DNA of 20,000 nt from an uncultured virus (IMG/VR IMGVR_UViG_3300025139_000008) (taxonomy: Duplodnaviria; Heunggongvirae; Uroviricota; Caudoviricetes), in IMG/VR virus record IMGVR_UViG_3300025139_000008, one strand, 5' to 3'. Positions within the stretch are counted from its first letter, which is position 1. Each line of letters begins with the position of its first letter. Shown one piece after another: positions 18,184 to 20,000 of the stretch. The notes beneath the pieces were generated by a model that did no database searches, had not been told where the DNA came from, and worked only from the letters and a program-made list of their open reading frames with translations. Position numbers and translations under genes: made by a program.

Positions 18184-18801
18184 TTAGTGCTGGAGGACGG
18201 TGGAGAGACCCTTGGCTACGCTGAACCGAGGAAGCGCCAGACCAGTTCCGTAGACCCAACGACCGAACTCTGGGTGGACCCGTTCACCGTAGGAGCCGAT
18301 CTCAATCTCGGCGAGTTCCAGATCGAAGCCAATGTCAGTGGCAACAATATCCGGATCGATCCCACTCAGGACACCGACCACTTCGCGGGCGTCATGCATG
18401 ACGCGATCGACAGTCGCATCTTCGACAGTGACGAAGAGTTCGGCCTTCATGAATCCAGTCTGGTAGAAGATGTTCTGGACTGGCTCATGGCGGAAACAAG
18501 GTGTCACACCGATGTATGCGCCGGGCTTGAGACCCATGGACAAAAAGCCTTGCTCGGCAGACCCCACGAGGTAGTGGGCTTCTTCGAAGGCATCAGTCGC
18601 GCCGATCCATTTACCATCATGGTCGCGGTGGTCAAAACGGGGACCGGCAACGTAGACAGGAAACTCCGGCGGTAAGGTGGCGCGGATCGGTGCCTCAGGC
18701 ACTAGCCAAGGGACTTCCTTGTAGACGTAGCCGCGTTTCTGATACTCCGTGACCGCCCGGCCGAGTAGCGCGTAGTCGATCATGGGTGTCATATCAGTCA
18801 T
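18184..18801 (-). CDS. Minimal seryl-tRNA synthetase-like (class II aaRS) catalytic-domain protein
   Basis: Motif 1 RGYVYKEVPWLV, YLVGSAEQ, motif 2 TPCFRHE...FMKAE, FDLE..EIGS, motif 3 GTGLALPR. About 205 aa; start 18801, 18792 or 18783. Confidence 0.8.
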   Translation of the reverse strand: MTDMTPMIDYALLGRAVTEYQKRGYVYKEVPWLVPEAPIRATLPPEFPVYVAGPRFDHRDHDGKWIGATDAFEEAHYLVGSAEQGFLSMGLKPGAYIGVTPCFRHEPVQNIFYQTGFMKAELFVTVEDATVDRVMHDAREVVGVLSGIDPDIVATDIGFDLELAEIEIGSYGERVHPEFGRWVYGTGLALPRFSVAKGLSTVLQH

Positions 18802-19033
18802 CGTCCTCTTGGTCTTCGTCGCCGAAATCGTCTGGCCCCATGATGAAGTCGCTGCACATCTCGCAAAGCTGGGTGCATTCATCGACCCACGGACCGGTAT
18901 CACCACACTCCATGCATTCGTCAGGATCGGGAATCCGTTCGAGGACCTTACCGTCCTTGTCAACAAGGAACCGACCCTCAGCCGTCTCGACGATCTCGGG
19001 ATAGAAAACCGGTTGGGCCTTGATCTCAGTCAT
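18794..19033 (-). CDS. Small acidic zinc-finger-like protein (79 aa)
   Basis: AGGAG RBS before ATG 19033. CMEC...CTQLCEMC and an acidic tail DDFGDEDQEDDD. Confidence 0.7.
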   Translation of the reverse strand: MTEIKAQPVFYPEIVETAEGRFLVDKDGKVLERIPDPDECMECGDTGPWVDECTQLCEMCSDFIMGPDDFGDEDQEDDD

Positions 19034-19385
19034 CACAGTTCTCCTGCCTCGCGGCAAACTCAGGGCAAAGCTCAGCGACCTTGCGATGCTGATCGTATCG
19101 GTAATCCGCCCACGGATCATCTTCACCACCAACGAGACGGACAAAGCCGGTCTGCTCGTTGACCACACGGGCTCGGGTATATCGCTCGCCCTGCCCATCG
19201 TCACGAAAGACGTGATAATCCGGCGTTTCGATCCCGGCGTCTTCCATCTCGACCAGAAGCGCTTCGAAGCGCTTGCGCCATTCCATGGGCATGACTTGCA
19301 GTGCGAGCTTGGGCAGCACCAAGTAAGGCGTCCGGGCAAGCCGAAGATCGAACGGACACTGCTCCATGACCATGGCCTCAGCCAT
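19026..19385 (-). CDS. Conserved-looking phage hypothetical protein (119 aa)
   Basis: GGGAG RBS before ATG 19385. YLVLPKLALQVMPMEWRKRF...DPWADYRY pattern. Confidence 0.7.
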   Translation of the reverse strand: MAEAMVMEQCPFDLRLARTPYLVLPKLALQVMPMEWRKRFEALLVEMEDAGIETPDYHVFRDDGQGERYTRARVVNEQTGFVRLVGGEDDPWADYRYDQHRKVAELCPEFAARQENCDD

Positions 19386-19671
19386 CACGGTTCTCCCGCA
19401 CACCCGACTCGAAAGCCCGCTTGGTGACAGCCGCCATCGCGGCAAGGTCTGCAAGGGTCACAGTCGGGTGATGCTTTACCAGCCACCCTTCGATCGCTCC
19501 GATCACATCGGAGAGTTCGACCAGCGCCATGATCTGGACGTTCTGGTCAAGAGCATCGGCGAACTCGTCGATCTCTTCGTAAATCTTGGAGTCCTCACCG
19601 AACACACCGCGAGCGATCACAGCCTTGTGATAGCCCAGCAGGGCGTCGATGGTCTCATCGGGATCAGCCAC
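19378..19671 (-). CDS. MazG-like / all-alpha NTP pyrophosphohydrolase
   Basis: SKIYEEIDEFADA...LVELSDVIGAI gives EExxE...ExxD metal-binding helices. 97 aa. Confidence 0.7.
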   Translation of the reverse strand: MADPDETIDALLGYHKAVIARGVFGEDSKIYEEIDEFADALDQNVQIMALVELSDVIGAIEGWLVKHHPTVTLADLAAMAAVTKRAFESGVRENRDG

Positions 19672-19861
19672 GCTTCTTCATCCTCTTGCGAAATGCACGG
19701 TTCTCGACAGCCATTGCCTTGCGTCGCTGGGCCCGGTTCAAGCCTGCGTATCGGGGATCGATGTTGTCAACGAAAGTCAAACCGGACTTCATGTCGAACA
19801 AAGCGCCAGTGGAATCCCACTCGTCAAATCCATAGGATTCCATGTCCATGTGAGTGATCAC
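19664..19861 (-). CDS. Hypothetical protein with basic C-terminus
   Basis: GTG 19861 overlaps the upstream stop (GTGA); ATG 19849 is an alternative. Contains LNRAQRRKA. Confidence 0.55.
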   Translation of the reverse strand: MITHMDMESYGFDEWDSTGALFDMKSGLTFVDNIDPRYAGLNRAQRRKAMAVENRAFRKRMKKRG

Positions 19862-19953
19862 TTGCCGGCTACCACATCGATCACTACGGCGAGACCAACA
19901 GCAGCGAGCAGAAGGATCGCGGTGGCCTGAATCCAAGAAAGCTTTCTATCCAT
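19858..19953 (-). CDS. 31-aa single-pass membrane peptide (not in ORF track)
   Basis: MDRKLSWIQATAILLLAAVGLAVVIDVVAGK with AGGGG RBS. First gene after the promoter at the window end. Confidence 0.6.
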   Translation of the reverse strand: MDRKLSWIQATAILLLAAVGLAVVIDVVAGK

Positions 19954-19978
19954 TTTCTTTCCCCTGTTTTCAAGTCAC

Positions 19979-20000
19979 CGCATATCCATAATGGCGGTGG
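19979..20000 (-). promoter_or_regulatory. Probable promoter, -35 outside the window
   Basis: CCACCGCCATTATGGA-TATGCG-GT aligns in register with the thyX and nrdA promoter spacers and -10 elements. Confidence 0.55.

Noticed and set aside
18802..18966. Possible N-terminal tRNA-binding extension of the SerRS-like ORF
   Set aside because: Overlaps the upstream Zn-finger gene in another frame, is not coiled-coil-like and lacks an RBS.

Overview
Part of a large dsDNA tailed-phage genome. Host is probably an alphaproteobacterium, inferred from GC-rich codon usage, promoter style and tail-module type. The + strand carries an AT-richer tail/receptor-binding module with LamG-like and carbohydrate-binding-like repeats (1-5656), a holin-less lysis cassette (amidase-SH3 endolysin, overlapping i-/o-spanins), and a gene run of thyX, NAD-dependent DNA ligase and small accessory genes. 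The accessory genes include a 2OG-Fe(II) oxygenase-like gene split by one in-frame TAG, a cyclic-phosphate-processing receiver-like protein and a HAD phosphatase. This run ends at a bidirectional terminator (~13160-13197). The - strand carries a CI-like XRE regulator with a degenerate S24 domain, glutaredoxin, nrdB, a free-standing HNH endonuclease and nrdA. Upstream of nrdA is an operon with a minimal seryl-tRNA-synthetase-like catalytic domain and a MazG-like protein. Top leads: (1) the tRNA-arm-less SerRS-like enzyme with its MazG-like partner; (2) the amber-interrupted oxygenase; (3) a conserved ACYGMMWTT box in every large intergenic region beyond 7 kb; (4) a probable homing co-conversion tract in 5' nrdB. 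All family calls come from motifs read by eye, not database searches.
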